A stretch of 63,419 nucleotides of DNA, filler included, from Octopus bimaculoides (Eukaryota): the NCBI RefSeq assembly GCF_001194135.2. It is 4 parts of 4 records of this genome, joined end to end, with 100 filler letters (N's around TTAATTAATTAA, not from the genome) between each part and the next. Parts side by side here need not be neighbours in the genome. Positions count along the whole stretch, not along the records: positions 62,389 to 63,419 come from NW_026390602.1; 3 more parts are not named here. One strand, written 5' to 3'. Positions 62,389 through 63,419 of the stretch are shown in pieces (positions within the stretch are counted from its first letter, which is position 1; every line of letters starts with the position of its first letter). The position numbers were made by a program, and so were the translations under genes. A model generated the notes under the pieces. It was not told where the DNA came from. It did no database searches and saw only the letters and a program-made list of their open reading frames with translations.

Positions 62389-62825
62389 ATATGGTAGTAA
62401 TGTGTTATAAGAAAGATTTTCAAGAAACTCAGTTTGTAGAGAAGAAATGTTTGACTGTCAATTGTATTTGGAAAAGACTGACAGGTGTTTATTTAAGTGT
62501 ATGTGTGTATTTGTACATATGTATGTATGAGTGTGTATTCTCTGTGTGTATATATATATATATATATGGTAGTAAGTAAGTGTGTGAAAAAAGATTTTCC
62601 AAAAACTCACAGTTTGTATTGAAAAACCTCACAGTTTGTAGGGAAAAGTAAATGTGTTTTAATAATGAGTGGATTGTATTTGAAAAAGATGGACAGGTAT
62701 TTGTATGTATGTGTTTATTTGTATGTATGTATGTATGAGTCTGTGTTTTCTGTGTATATATATGGTAGTAAGTAAATGTGTGAAAAAAGATTTTAAAAAA
62801 ACCCAGTTTGTAGGGAATAAAAGTT
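62389..62825 (+). repeat. Degenerate tandem repeat, about 175-196-bp unit, 2.5 copies
   Basis: Units start atatggtagtaa at about 62389, 62564 and 62760. Confidence 0.8.
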
Positions 62826-62829
62826 TGTC

Positions 62830-63140
62830 GATCGCATTTATGTATGTATGCCTGTATATATGTCAGATAATAGTTTCAGTATTAAAGTGAAACTGTCTGA
62901 CATTAGAATAGAGAGATCTTATTGTTTCACTTTTGACACAATACTGCAATAGTGGAAGAGATGTGATATTGCATTGGGCTCGCACTAGGCAAGAAGTTAA
63001 AATTTTTTGTGGCCTAAAACACTACCTGGACCCTAAGTAAGGCATGTGTAAAATTTGAATGAAATTGGTTATGTAGTTCTCAAGTTTTAGGGATTCACAC
63101 AGACAAACACACATTCTCATCTTATATATATAGATATATA
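62830..63140 (-). mobile_element. Helitron/DINE-1-like non-autonomous element, 5' part
   Basis: Minus strand starts atctatatatataagatgagaatgtgtgtttgtctgtgtg, resembling HINE/DINE-1 5' ends (from recall). Confidence 0.45.
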
Positions 63141-63350
63141 TTCTTTTACTCTTTTATTTGTTTCGGTCATTTGACTGCTGCCATGCTGCAGCAACACCTT
63201 TAGTTGAACAAATCAACCCCAGAACTTATTCTTTGTAAGCCTGGTACTTATTCTATAGGTCTCTTTTGCCAAACCACTAAGTTATAGGGACATAAACACA
63301 CTAACATCGATTGTCAACTGATGGTGTGGTGGAGGGACAAACACAGGCAC
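63140..63350 (-). mobile_element. SINE, family A 3' half
   Basis: Reverse match to the family A tail. Confidence 0.85.
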
Positions 63351-63388
63351 ACAAACATATACATACAAACATACATACATATATATAC

Positions 63389-63419
<31 letters not shown>

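Overview
AT-rich, microsatellite-dense eukaryotic genomic DNA with many N gaps. The SINE/LINE/MITE families resemble, from recall, those of octopod cephalopods (inference). Three artificial 100-bp linkers (44 N + TTAATTAATTAA + 44 N) split the window into four joined scaffolds. Two multi-exon protein-coding genes lie on the minus strand, and the ORF track mostly misses both. (1) An IL-17 receptor-like gene at about 11.9-26.2 kb has seven phase-compatible exons encoding ectodomain, stalk, TM helix and a SEFIR domain; its signal-peptide exon was not found. (2) An internal 14-exon stretch of UBR4/p600 lies at 43.4-62.2 kb, with one exon predicted inside a gap and no further exons found beyond the scaffold joins. 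The remainder is decayed mobile DNA: maT-type mariner, Ty3/Gypsy, RTE, CR1/L2, R4-like, Penelope-like, Helitron, several tRNA-derived SINE families and TTAA-, TA- and hAT-type MITEs. The most interesting leads are hammerhead-ribozyme motifs (one inside a tRNA-headed SINE with a 12-bp TSD), a partly homogenised inverted SINE pair in the predicted IL-17R 3'UTR, MITEs turning into satellites, and a Tigger4/MER46-like element. Exon coordinates were read by hand from splice sites; repeat boundaries are approximate.
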